NCBI GenBank assembly: GCA_029565065.1
Contig: JAKQOW010000036.1
Location: forward strand, 59,846 to 123,845
Origin: Acidobacteriota bacterium
Lineage (GTDB): Bacteria; Acidobacteriota; JAAYUB01
Length of the DNA stretch: 64,000 nt
Direction: 5' to 3'
Each line of letters begins with the position of its first letter. The first letter of the stretch is position 1. The position numbers and the translations under genes are program-made. The notes under the pieces were generated by a model. It was given only the letters and a program-made list of their open reading frames with translations, did no database searches and had not been told where the DNA came from. Below are positions 9,571 through 18,557 of this stretch, piece by piece.

Positions 9571-10161
9571 TTGACTTTCATCAACTACGCTTCGCGGGAA
9601 ATCAATTGTAAAATTGTATATTACGGCCCCGGCCTGGGCGGGAAGACCACCAATATCCAGTACATCTACGACACCACCAACTCCGACTCCAAAGGCAAGC
9701 TCATCTCGCTGGCGACCGAAACCGACCGCACCCTGTTCTTCGACTTCCTGCCGCTGGACCTGGGCACCATCCGCGGCTTCAAGACCCGCTTCCACCTGTA
9801 CACCGTACCGGGCCAGGTGTTCTACGACGCGTCGCGCAAGCTCATCCTCAAGGGCGTCGACGGCATCGTCTTCGTCGCCGACTCGCAGGACGAGCGGATG
9901 GACGCCAACATCGAGAGCATCTCGAACCTGAAAATCAACCTCGTGGAGAACGGGTTCGACATCAACGCCATCCCGTACGTCCTGCAGCTCAACAAGCGCG
10001 ACCTGCCCAACATCACGAACATCGACGACATGGTGCAGGAGCTCAAGGTTCGGGACGAGCCCATCTTCGAGGCGGTGGCCATCAAGGGCGTCGGCGTCAT
10101 GGAAACGCTCAAGGCGGTGGCCAAGCAGGTGATCATGGAACTCAAGCGGGGCGGCAAGTAG
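9571..10161 (+). CDS. mglA: Ras-like small GTPase MglA (gliding/polarity GTPase)
   Basis: KIVYYGPGLGGKTTN P-loop, LYTVPGQVFY switch II; 196 aa, size and motifs typical of MglA. Confidence 0.85.
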   Translation: MTFINYASREINCKIVYYGPGLGGKTTNIQYIYDTTNSDSKGKLISLATETDRTLFFDFLPLDLGTIRGFKTRFHLYTVPGQVFYDASRKLILKGVDGIVFVADSQDERMDANIESISNLKINLVENGFDINAIPYVLQLNKRDLPNITNIDDMVQELKVRDEPIFEAVAIKGVGVMETLKAVAKQVIMELKRGGK

Positions 10162-10193
10162 GCCGGCCACCCCACCTTATCCCTAGGCAAAAA

Positions 10194-10230
10194 GAATCGC
10201 CCGGCTTGCCGGGCGATTCGCATTTTCAGA
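10194..10230. terminator. Bidirectional rho-independent terminator between mglA (+) and membrane-protein gene (-)
   Basis: GAATCGCCCGGC-TTGC-CGGGCGATTC hairpin followed by ATTTTC. Confidence 0.6.
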
Positions 10231-10243
10231 GGACGGACGGCGG

Positions 10244-10846
10244 TCAGTCGATCTTGGGCGGCGGGATCACCTCGGGTGCCGCCGCGGCGGCGCTCCCGGT
10301 CAGGCTGCGGGCGAATTTTTCCGGCAGCATGAAGATGAGGATGATCACGGGATAGGGCAGGCCGCAGCAAATGCCTAAAAACGGTTTGAATTTCGCGGTC
10401 ATCACCATGGCGTTGACCATGTTCTCGTCCAGGCCGCTGGCCATGTAGAGATCCACCTCGGCCGGCATGATGGCCAGATAGTTGAAGGCGACGGAGATGA
10501 TGGTGTAGGCGATGCCGATGCCGGCGTACGCCAGGGAGAGGGTGCGCCCGGACGGCTGGTGCTTGAGCAGGTGAAGCCCGGCCACCACGAGCAGGACGGT
10601 CATGAGCACGCCGACGACGATGCCGATATACACGTTCGCCTTGACTGCGGGTATGGCCATCAGATCGTTCTGGATCTGCGTGATTTCCTCGGCGCCGGGG
10701 GCGTCGCCGCCAAAGGACATGCCGCTGCCGCCAGTGGCCAGGCTGATGACGCCGAATATCAGCATGATGGCGCCCAGTCCGGCAAAGACCAAATGGATGA
10801 TCCCGAACGTTTTCGCCACACCGGGCGAGGACACTTCCTCGTTCAT
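10244..10846 (-). CDS. Hypothetical integral membrane protein (4-5 TM)
   Basis: 200 aa, several hydrophobic helices; lies downstream of ECF sigma gene but lacks a recognisable anti-sigma N-domain. Confidence 0.5.
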   Translation of the reverse strand: MNEEVSSPGVAKTFGIIHLVFAGLGAIMLIFGVISLATGGSGMSFGGDAPGAEEITQIQNDLMAIPAVKANVYIGIVVGVLMTVLLVVAGLHLLKHQPSGRTLSLAYAGIGIAYTIISVAFNYLAIMPAEVDLYMASGLDENMVNAMVMTAKFKPFLGICCGLPYPVIILIFMLPEKFARSLTGSAAAAAPEVIPPPKID

Positions 10847-11047
10847 GACAACCTCCTATGAAAAATGATACCGGCTGAGTATACGTGCGGACCGCAACGG
10901 TGTTGCCGGGTGCGGTTGTGCGAAGCCGCTGATGGCCGATCAACGACAGTGTTTGGGTCGACACCTAAGTATATCACGCCCGCAGGCGATGAAAAAAAGA
11001 GGCTGCCGTGGTGCGGCAGCCTCGAAAGCCGGCGGTCATCCGTGCGG

Positions 11048-11641
11048 TCAGTTGCTTGGGGTGGCGTACTCCTGAATCTGGTCCCGCAGGAAGAGCCGGG
11101 CCCGGTGGATGCGGGACTTGATCGCCGCCACGCTGAGGTTGAGCATCTCGCTGACCTCTTCGTTGGAGTACTGCTTGAGGTCGCGGAGCTGGAAAACCTC
11201 GCGGTATTTATCGGGGAGCTGCTCCATGGATTGGAGCACCTTGTCCATGAACTCCCGCTCGATCACCGTTTCGTCGGCGAACTTCCGCTTGTCCGGAATG
11301 ATGGCGGTGAGCAGCGCCTCATCCCCGTCGGGCCGGCTGAACTCCTCGATGGGGATGTGCTTCTCTTTCCGCCGGGAGCGGAGTTTCATGAACGCATAGT
11401 TGACGGTGATGCGGTAGATCCAGGTGTAGAACGACGAGTTGCCTTTGAACGTGTGGATCTTCCGGTAGATGGTGAAGAACACATCCTGGGCGATTTCCTG
11501 GGCGTCGTTGTGGTTCTTGACGATGTTGTAGGCGGTGTTGTAAATCTTGGCGTTGTACTTCTCCATGATCTCCTCGAGGGCGGTCGCGTCGCCCTGGAGA
11601 AGCCTATCCACATAGATGCGATCCTGGTTCACTTTCTTCAT
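11048..11641 (-). CDS. RNA polymerase sigma-70 factor, ECF subfamily
   Basis: Region 2 (FYTWIYRITVNYAFMKLR) and region 4 HTH (EEVSEMLNLSVAAIKSRIHRAR) signatures. Confidence 0.85.
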   Translation of the reverse strand: MKKVNQDRIYVDRLLQGDATALEEIMEKYNAKIYNTAYNIVKNHNDAQEIAQDVFFTIYRKIHTFKGNSSFYTWIYRITVNYAFMKLRSRRKEKHIPIEEFSRPDGDEALLTAIIPDKRKFADETVIEREFMDKVLQSMEQLPDKYREVFQLRDLKQYSNEEVSEMLNLSVAAIKSRIHRARLFLRDQIQEYATPSN

Positions 11642-11939
11642 GGCCCCACCTCGAAGAATGTAAATCTTCCGTCAAGCGATTTCACAGATCGAATACTTGT
11701 ATAACTTACTTCACTATTATGAACCTGTCAACACTTTTTTTTCGTCGACCCGCACCCGGGCAGGTCATCGACCGGAGGGCCGGCAACCGGCGCACCAGCC
11801 GGAAGTGGGGAGAGAGAATCGGGCTAACATCAATTGGTAGTGCGCATTACGCTTTTTTCGAGGAGGGGTCAGATTCATCTTGACACTCGCTTCGGTCGCC
11901 TATTACACTGAGCCCGCAAAATTGCGTTAGGAGGTTCGC

Positions 11940-12110
11940 ATGGCACACGTTATCAGTGACGAATGCACGGCTTGTGGAACTTGCCAGCCGGAATGCCCGG
12001 TGGATGCGATCAGCGAAGGCGACATCTACAAGATCGATCCCGATATCTGCACGGATTGCGGCGCGTGCGCCGAGGTCTGCCCCGTGGGCGCCATCTCCCC
12101 GGGCGAATAG
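11940..12110 (+). CDS. 2x[4Fe-4S] ferredoxin (56 aa)
   Basis: Translation MAHVISDECTACGTCQPECPVDAISEGDIYKIDPDICTDCGACAEVCPVGAISPGE with two CxxCxxCxxxCP motifs; AGGAGG RBS 6 nt upstream; too short for the ORF track. Confidence 0.8.
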   Translation: MAHVISDECTACGTCQPECPVDAISEGDIYKIDPDICTDCGACAEVCPVGAISPGE

Positions 12111-12134
12111 CCGTTATTTTATCACCAGCCACAA

Positions 12135-12731
12135 CTAGCGGGGGCCGTCAGGCCCCCTTTTGTTTTCCCCTTGCGCCTGCCCCAGGAACGCCGCCTCATT
12201 GACCGCCAGCAACGCCGGCTTCACAATCTGCCGCAACGCCTGCCGGATGTCCTCGTGCGTCAGCACGAACGGATGCGCGTCCATGAACCGGCCCAGCAGG
12301 ACCAGGTTGGCGATGCGCGGCTGCCCGAGCCGCAGGGCGACGGCATCGGCGTCGTGGACAAACACACGGTAGCCGGCAGCCGCCAGCCGGCGGACCTCCG
12401 GTGCGTCCGGATCCGGATGATTCAGGACCACCTGTCCGCCGGGTCGCAGCTGTCGCAGGTGGGTATACAGTTCGGAGCGTTCCAGCACGAACAGGGTGTC
12501 CACGCTGCCCGGGAACAGCACGGGAGAGCGGAAGGCGCCGATCTTCAGTGAACTGTACACCGAGCCGCCCCGCTGACTCATTCCGTGTATCTCATACGTG
12601 AAGACGGGCCGGTCCTGGATCTGGGCGGCGGCGTACAGGAGCCGGCTCAGGAAGAGCACGCCCTGTCCGCCCAGGCCGGCGATGAGAATCTGGTGGTCCA
12701 CCCGCTCCTCCTTGAGAACCGGCGTGTTCAT
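12135..12731 (-). CDS. iorB: Indolepyruvate:ferredoxin oxidoreductase beta subunit IorB
   Basis: ILIAGLGGQGVLFLSRLL pyruvate/2-ketoacid oxidoreductase gamma-type domain; ATG (complement 12729-12731) overlaps iorA stop as ATGA. Confidence 0.75.
   Translation of the reverse strand: MNTPVLKEERVDHQILIAGLGGQGVLFLSRLLYAAAQIQDRPVFTYEIHGMSQRGGSVYSSLKIGAFRSPVLFPGSVDTLFVLERSELYTHLRQLRPGGQVVLNHPDPDAPEVRRLAAAGYRVFVHDADAVALRLGQPRIANLVLLGRFMDAHPFVLTHEDIRQALRQIVKPALLAVNEAAFLGQAQGENKRGPDGPR
12139..12168 (+). terminator. Rho-independent terminator after ferredoxin gene
   Basis: GGGGGCC-GTCA-GGCCCCC perfect hairpin followed by TTTTGTTTT; overlaps last codons of iorB on the opposite strand. Confidence 0.7.
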
Positions 12732-14550
12732 GGCTGCTCCCGGATCGCCCCGGACGGGCAGACGGCGATGCAGTTCCCGCACTGGGCGCAGATCCGGCGG
12801 TCAATGCCTGCCTTGCCGTCGGGGGTGGCGATGATCGCCGGGCACTGGAACACGTTCATGCAGACCTTGCAGCCGGTGCAGGCGGCCGGATCGACCGTCA
12901 CGGGACGTTTCACGGGCACGCCGCCCCTGGGATCGTTGAGTACGCACGGATGCCGGAAGATCAGCACGGCGACGCCGCCGTCGGGCTGCCGGGTGAATGC
13001 GTGCGCCGCCCGCAGCGCCTCGATGCACGCGTCCATCGCGTAGGGGTCGCGGATCTCCAGGAAGCGCACGCCGCAGCCCCGGACGGCCTCCTCGAGCCGG
13101 ACCGGCCGGCCCGGCGTGCCGTCGATCCGCGCGCCGGTGGAGACGGCGGGCTGCATGCCGGTCATCGCCGTCACCTCGTTGTCCAGGATGACCACGATGA
13201 TCCGGCTGTCGTTGTACACCGCGTTGGCCAGCTGCGGCAGGCCGGAATGCAGGAACGTCGAATCGCCGATGGTGGCCACGACGGGCTGCTCCCGGCCGTC
13301 CTGGCGGTAGGCCTGGTGGATGCCCATGGCCAGGCCGATGGAGGCGCCCATGACCAGCACCGTGTCCACCGCCTTCATGTTGACGCCCAGGGTGTAGCAG
13401 CCGATGTCCCCGGTGTAGATGCCCTTGGGCAGCGCCTTGCGGATGGCGTGGAACGAGTTGCGGTGGGGGCAGGCCGGACAGAGCGTCGGCCGCCGGGCCG
13501 GCGCCGGGGCCGGATTCTCCGGGACCGTGATCGACACGGCAGGCCGATCGAGGAACCGGCCGAGTATCTCGTCGAGCCGCTGGCCGTCGATCTCCCCTTC
13601 GGCGGGCACCCAGCCGTCGAGGCGGCCGGATATGCGGCCGCGATCGGCGATCTGTTGTTCGATCACCGGACCCGTCTCCTCCAGGACCAGCACCCGCTCG
13701 TGCTGGCCGATGAACGCCGCCACCGGTCCGGCGGGGAACGGAAAGGCGCAGCCCAAGTGGAGCAGGGGCAGCGACAGGCCGCGGCCCGCCGCCCAGTCCT
13801 GGATCATGCCGCGGAGCACCCCGCCGGCGATGATGCCGCGGGCGCCCTCGCCCGGGTCGGCCCAGGTGAGCGCCCGCTCGCTCTCGATATGGGCGCGGAT
13901 CGCCTCCAGCTTCCGGTTCAGCTCCCGGTGCAGCTCCAGGCGGTACTTCGGTGTGGCGGCCCACCGGTTGGGATTTTTGACGAACGCCGCCGGCGGGCAG
14001 GCGTCGATCGCAGTGTCCAGCGACACGGTCTGGCGGGCGTGGCACACCCGCAGCGAGGGGCGCAGGATCACCGGGATCTCGAAGCGCTCCGACAGGGCCA
14101 CCGCCAGCTTGGCGTAGGCGCAGGCTTCCTGCGGGGTGGCCGGGTCCAGGACCGGCACCTTGGCGAACTGGGCGAAAGCGCGCGTGTCCTGTTCGGTCTG
14201 GGAGGAATAGGGGCCGGGATCGTCGGCGCTAACGATCACGAAGCCGCCCTGGCACCCGGTGTACGCCGAACTCATGAGCGCGTCGGCGGCGACGTTGAGC
14301 CCCACCTGCTTCATGATCGTGGCGCTGCGCTTGCCAGCGTAGGAAGCCCCCAGGGCCACCTGGAAGGCGACCATCTCGTTGAGCGACCACTCGACGGCGA
14401 CCTCGGCGCCCAGCTCGGAACGGATGGCGAGGACGGCCGGGAGGATCTCGGAGCTGGGCGTGCCCGGGTACGAGGTCACCACCTGGCAGCCGCCGGTCGC
14501 CAACCCCCAGGCGACCGCCTCGTTACCCATGAGAACGCGTTGATCCGGCA
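12728..14550 (-). CDS. iorA: Indolepyruvate:ferredoxin oxidoreductase alpha subunit IorA (TPP-dependent, two C-terminal 4Fe-4S clusters)
   Basis: Start MPDQRVLMGNEAVAWG; TPP region GDIGCYTLG; C-terminal CTGCKVC...CPAII and CAQCGNCIAVCP ferredoxin motifs. Confidence 0.8.
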
Positions 14551-14683
14551 TCGGTGGCTCCTGAAGGACGATCTGAAACGGTCGGGGCGCGCTGGAAATC
14601 TCATTAAAACAGAACGCTGGGCCCAAACAAAGAAAAATATTGTTGCGATCCCGTCCCCCCGTTATCATACCTGCGGATCGGCC

Positions 14684-15511
14684 ATGCACCCAGACCTGAC
14701 CTCAACTTACCGGGACGTGATGCCCGGCGTCCGGAGCCGGTTGGACGCCGCCGAACTCCGGCGCCGCCTCGCCGCGGCGGACGTCGCTGTCCTGGACGTG
14801 GACGAGTGCATGATGCCCGGCTACGCCCAGATCGCCCTCGGCCACCGCCTGTTGCGGGATGCGCCGGGCGCCGGTGGCCCGGCCGGTCCGCGCGTCATCC
14901 GCGCCGGGCGGCTGATCGCGCTGGGAGCCTGTCTGTACGGGCTCAAGCTGCTGCCCGGCGACCCGGTCCGCAAGAACCTTCGCCTCCACACCCTGTACGG
15001 GCTAGCGCTCCGGGGCATCGAGCGCGCTGCGTTCCGACGGGTCATGCCGGACGTGTGGCGAACCGTGTACCCGGAGGTCCGGCCCTGCCTGCGCCGCCTG
15101 GCCGGACGGCGGCCCGTCGGCGTCATCTCGCTGGGCCTCGACTGCCTGCTCGACGGCCTCAGTGCGGCGCTGGCCGAGGGCGGGGAGCCGATCCCGTTCC
15201 GCTTTCTCGAGGGGAACCGCATCGTCTGGCTGAACGACCGGTTCGCCGGCCTGGCCGCGCCGATCTGCCACGGACCGCTGGACAAGGCGGCAGTCTACGA
15301 GACGGAAGCGGCGCGCCATGGCTGGCGCACGCCGCTGGTGATCGGCCACAACGCCGACGAGACGGAGCTGTGCGCCATCGCCGGTTCAGCCGGCGGACTC
15401 AGTGTCGGCATCGGCGCCCGGCCGGCCCACCGGGACCGGTTCCACGTGCTGCTGCCCCGGGGGGCGTGGGGCCTGCTGGAGGAATTCCTCCGCGCCTACG
15501 ATGTGGAGTGA
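14684..15511 (+). CDS. Hypothetical protein (275 aa), divergent from iorA
   Basis: C-terminal part of long ORF 12950..15511; only the segment from ATG 14684 is non-antisense; no recognisable motif. Confidence 0.45.
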   Translation: MHPDLTSTYRDVMPGVRSRLDAAELRRRLAAADVAVLDVDECMMPGYAQIALGHRLLRDAPGAGGPAGPRVIRAGRLIALGACLYGLKLLPGDPVRKNLRLHTLYGLALRGIERAAFRRVMPDVWRTVYPEVRPCLRRLAGRRPVGVISLGLDCLLDGLSAALAEGGEPIPFRFLEGNRIVWLNDRFAGLAAPICHGPLDKAAVYETEAARHGWRTPLVIGHNADETELCAIAGSAGGLSVGIGARPAHRDRFHVLLPRGAWGLLEEFLRAYDVE

Positions 15512-15530
15512 GCGGTCGTGCGATCGCTGA

Positions 15531-15570
15531 AAAAAAACAGGGCGGCCGGTGCGGCCGCCCTGTGGTTTTG
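15531..15570. terminator. Bidirectional terminator between hypothetical gene (+) and aor (-)
   Basis: AAAAAAAA-CAGGGCGGCCG-GTGC-GGCCGCCCTG-TGGTTTT. Confidence 0.65.
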
Positions 15571-15586
15571 GAGACAGGTCAATCGT

Positions 15587-17764
15587 TTAGCGCAGGTGGC
15601 GCTCCACCACGGCCAGGACCTCAGGCAGATCCATGCCGATCTTGCGGAGATGCTCGGGCGTGGGTACGCCTTCGGACGTCCAGCCTTTGCGCTTGTAGAC
15701 GGCATTCAGCAGGTGCTGGTACTGCTCCTCGCGGTAGTGGCGCAGGATTCTGAGTTTTTCCTCGCTGCTCTTGCCGGCGGGATCGACGCCCACTTTTTCG
15801 CGCAGTTGCTGATCGTACCGATCCTGCCGTGATTCATACTCCTCGACGGTGACCGGGCCCATCATGCGGAACGGCGGGATATCGTCGCTGCGTCGGCCGC
15901 GCCCCAGTCGCATGCAGAGGACTTTCTGGAAGTTGTACACGCGCTCCGATTGCAGGATCAGCTCCTTCTTGTTGAGGTTCCCGCCGGTGATGGCGTTGTA
16001 GATGTCGACGTAGTTCTGGACATGCTCCGGCACCTTGGCCGGTTCATCGGTCTGGGCGTTGTTGGCGGGTTCCACGTCGTTCCAGGGCAGCTTGCACAGG
16101 CCCTGCAGCCCGAACCAGGTCCGGAACATGGGGAAGTAGTGAAGCGCTTCGGCCTTGTCGGTGAAGGTGGGGATCTGGTTGTTGACCATGTCCATGAAGA
16201 TCAGCCAGGCCTCGTCGTGCTGCGGGCCCTTGAGCGCCATGCTGTAACCGCCCTGCTGGGCCAGCGATTCCTTGGAAACGTACTGGGAATATTCGAGGCC
16301 CTTGCACTCGCAGCCGATGTCCTGCATGAGCTGGGGATCGGCGTCGAAATGATCGATGAAATACTCCTTCATCTTCCGGGTTCCCAGCCCGGCGATGAGA
16401 CCGAACCCTTCGCCCCGGGCGATCTGGTGCATCATCTCCAGCGTGTCCCGCCAGTTCCCCCAGGTGAAATCCAGGCCGCCCGTGCGCTCGGCGTTGAGCA
16501 CGCCTTTCTCCCAGCATTCCATGATGAAGGCGGTCATCGTGCCGAAGGAGATGGTGTCCAGGCCGTAAGTGTCGCAGTAGAAGTTGATCTCCATGATGGC
16601 GCGGGGATTGAATATGCCGACGTTGGAGCCGCAGCCGCCCACGGTCTCGTATTCGGGGCCGTCGACGGTGACGCGCTGCCCCTGGTAGGGGCCGGTCACC
16701 AGCTCGAAGCCGTCCGCCGCCTTGGCGCAGGCCATGGTGCAGCCGAACCAGCAGCCGTCGGGCAGCCCGTGAGTGACGAGCTCGTAGAAGGCGTGCGAAT
16801 TGATTTTGGGCGAGTCGGCGTGCCGGCCGAACTTGAAGTTGTGCGTGGGCAGCAGATCGTACTCGTCCATGATCTCGACGAGGTGGGCGGTACCGATCTG
16901 GCGCATCCGGCATTGCTGGTCGTCCAGGGCGATGATCTCCTTGTGGAGCTTCAGGCCGGTGCGCTGGAGCGTGTCCAGGTCGGCGGGATCGTTGGACTTG
17001 CCCGACAGGCCCGAATACTTGACCACGACCGCCTTGATCTTCTTGTCGCGGAGCACCGTTCCGATGCCCCCGCGGCCGGCCTGCTTGAGCCGCGCCACCT
17101 TGCGGCGCCGGTCATAGAAGGAGAAGTTCAGGCACCCGATCAGGGCGTGCTCGGCGCCGCGGCCGGCGCTCACCGCGGAGATGTGCATTTTCTCAAGATC
17201 GTTGTCGGCGAACAGCTCCACCATCTGCTCGGCCAGGATGTGGCTGTCCACCGCTTCGGCGGGGGCCTCGAAGATCTGGATCAGCCCCTGGTTGCCGTCG
17301 ATGTACACGATGACGTCGCGCTCGGCCTTGCCCTGGATCTCGATGGCGTCGAAGCCGGAGAACTTCAGGTAGGGGCCGAAATAGCCGCCCACGTTGCTGT
17401 CGATGGGAATGTCGGTGAGCGGAGAGATCGAGACCACCAGCGATTTCCCCGAACCCGGGTAGTTGGTGTTGCCGCAGATGGGCCCCATGGCGATGTTGAT
17501 CTCGTTCTCGGGATCGTTCCAGCGAGTGGTGTCGGAGATCGCGTCCCAAAGCAGCTTCAGGCCGAAACCCTTGCCTCCGGTGAACTTCTGCTTCATTTCC
17601 TCGGAGACCGGTTTTTCCCGGATCTCGTTCGACGAGACGTTCACATACAGCGTGCGCATGTTGTAGCCGCGCACCACCGGCCGGAGCTCGTAGCGGAATT
17701 CCTTGAGCAGAACGTGCCGGGCCTTCAGGGCGTCGACGTCGGTGTGGATCTTGGTGTTGTTCAT
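15587..17764 (-). CDS. aor: Tungsten-containing aldehyde:ferredoxin oxidoreductase (AOR family)
   Basis: N-terminal AOR_N domain (MRTLYVNVSSNEIREKPV...KFTGGKGFGLKLLWD) starting at internal ATG complement 17762-17764; large AOR C-domain; 726 aa. Confidence 0.85.
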   Translation of the reverse strand: MNNTKIHTDVDALKARHVLLKEFRYELRPVVRGYNMRTLYVNVSSNEIREKPVSEEMKQKFTGGKGFGLKLLWDAISDTTRWNDPENEINIAMGPICGNTNYPGSGKSLVVSISPLTDIPIDSNVGGYFGPYLKFSGFDAIEIQGKAERDVIVYIDGNQGLIQIFEAPAEAVDSHILAEQMVELFADNDLEKMHISAVSAGRGAEHALIGCLNFSFYDRRRKVARLKQAGRGGIGTVLRDKKIKAVVVKYSGLSGKSNDPADLDTLQRTGLKLHKEIIALDDQQCRMRQIGTAHLVEIMDEYDLLPTHNFKFGRHADSPKINSHAFYELVTHGLPDGCWFGCTMACAKAADGFELVTGPYQGQRVTVDGPEYETVGGCGSNVGIFNPRAIMEINFYCDTYGLDTISFGTMTAFIMECWEKGVLNAERTGGLDFTWGNWRDTLEMMHQIARGEGFGLIAGLGTRKMKEYFIDHFDADPQLMQDIGCECKGLEYSQYVSKESLAQQGGYSMALKGPQHDEAWLIFMDMVNNQIPTFTDKAEALHYFPMFRTWFGLQGLCKLPWNDVEPANNAQTDEPAKVPEHVQNYVDIYNAITGGNLNKKELILQSERVYNFQKVLCMRLGRGRRSDDIPPFRMMGPVTVEEYESRQDRYDQQLREKVGVDPAGKSSEEKLRILRHYREEQYQHLLNAVYKRKGWTSEGVPTPEHLRKIGMDLPEVLAVVERHLR

Positions 17765-17769
17765 GGTTG

Positions 17770-18162
17770 CTACTCCTCGGTCACGATCTCGATCGCCTGA
17801 GTGGGGCAGCCCTTGACACAGACGCCGCATGCCACGCACTTGAAGGGATTCAACACGCCGTCGCACCGCCGCATGGCGTCGATGGGACAAACGGCCACGC
17901 AGGCGAAACAGCTGATGCACAGCTTCTTGTTGATCATCACCACGCCCTGCTTGTTGATGGTGATGGCCTGAGTGGGGCATTCATCGACGCATTTGCGGTA
18001 CTGCTGGTCGCAGACCACCAGGTGATACCCTCCGTCGGGCTTCTCGATGACCTGGATGGCCGACTTGGCGGGGATGTCCTCTTTGAAGAACGCCATGGAA
18101 CAGGCCGTCATGCACTGGTTGCAGCCGATGCATTTCTCGTCGTAGGTTTTGAGATACTTCAT
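17770..18162 (-). CDS. 4Fe-4S polyferredoxin (AOR-associated electron carrier)
   Basis: Multiple CxxCxxCxxxCP motifs (CIGCNQCMTAC, CISCFACVAVCP, CVACGVCVKGCP); ends 5 nt before aor start. Confidence 0.85.
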   Translation of the reverse strand: MKYLKTYDEKCIGCNQCMTACSMAFFKEDIPAKSAIQVIEKPDGGYHLVVCDQQYRKCVDECPTQAITINKQGVVMINKKLCISCFACVAVCPIDAMRRCDGVLNPFKCVACGVCVKGCPTQAIEIVTEE

Positions 18163-18298
18163 GGGGGCGGAACCTCCATTTTTAATGACATTTTATAATA
18201 TCGATCAGGGTGTAATAAGTCAACGGGATTTCCGCCTCTTGCGCCCGACTTCGGCCGGCGGTTATAATCACCGTGACAGGATGAGCGAGAGGTGTGGC

Positions 18299-18502
18299 AT
18301 GCGGCTGGTCATCAATAACCGAGACACCGACTTGACGGGCAGCCAACTCACCGTCCGTCAGATGCTGCAGCAGATGAAGTTCACCTTCCCGATGATCTTC
18401 GTCCGGGTCAACGGCGAGGTGATCCGGAAAGACCAGTACGACTCGTTCGTGATCCGCGAGGGGGACCGCGTGGACGCCATCCACCTGATGGGCGGAGGAT
18501 AG
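18299..18502 (+). CDS. ThiS/MoaD-family sulfur-carrier protein (C-terminal GG)
   Basis: 67-aa product MRLVINN...VRVNGEVIRKD...DAIHLMGGG ending in Gly-Gly; beta-grasp size typical of ThiS/MoaD; divergent from the ferredoxin-aor operon. Confidence 0.65.
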   Translation: MRLVINNRDTDLTGSQLTVRQMLQQMKFTFPMIFVRVNGEVIRKDQYDSFVIREGDRVDAIHLMGGG

Positions 18503-18557
18503 GGCGTTCGCCAGGGACGCCCGGTCATCCGGCCGTCCCCGCCCGGGTCGCGTCGTC

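Noticed and set aside
12950-14683. N-terminal 580 aa of the 853-aa plus-strand ORF 12950..15511
   Set aside because: Antisense to iorA, which has clear TPP and ferredoxin motifs. Only the 3' portion from ATG 14684, outside iorA, was kept as a possible gene.
15950-17800. 616-aa plus-strand ORF
   Set aside because: Antisense to the tungsten AOR gene; no motifs; GC-driven open frame.
15587-17980. Extended 797-aa AOR ORF starting at 17980
   Set aside because: The first 72 codons (His/Arg/Asp-rich) overlap the upstream polyferredoxin gene. The conserved AOR N-domain begins at the internal ATG 17764.
18149-18298. N-terminal extension of the ThiS/MoaD-like ORF
   Set aside because: The conserved beta-grasp starts at MRLVINN (18299). 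The upstream part overlaps the divergent ferredoxin gene start and the AT-rich promoter region.
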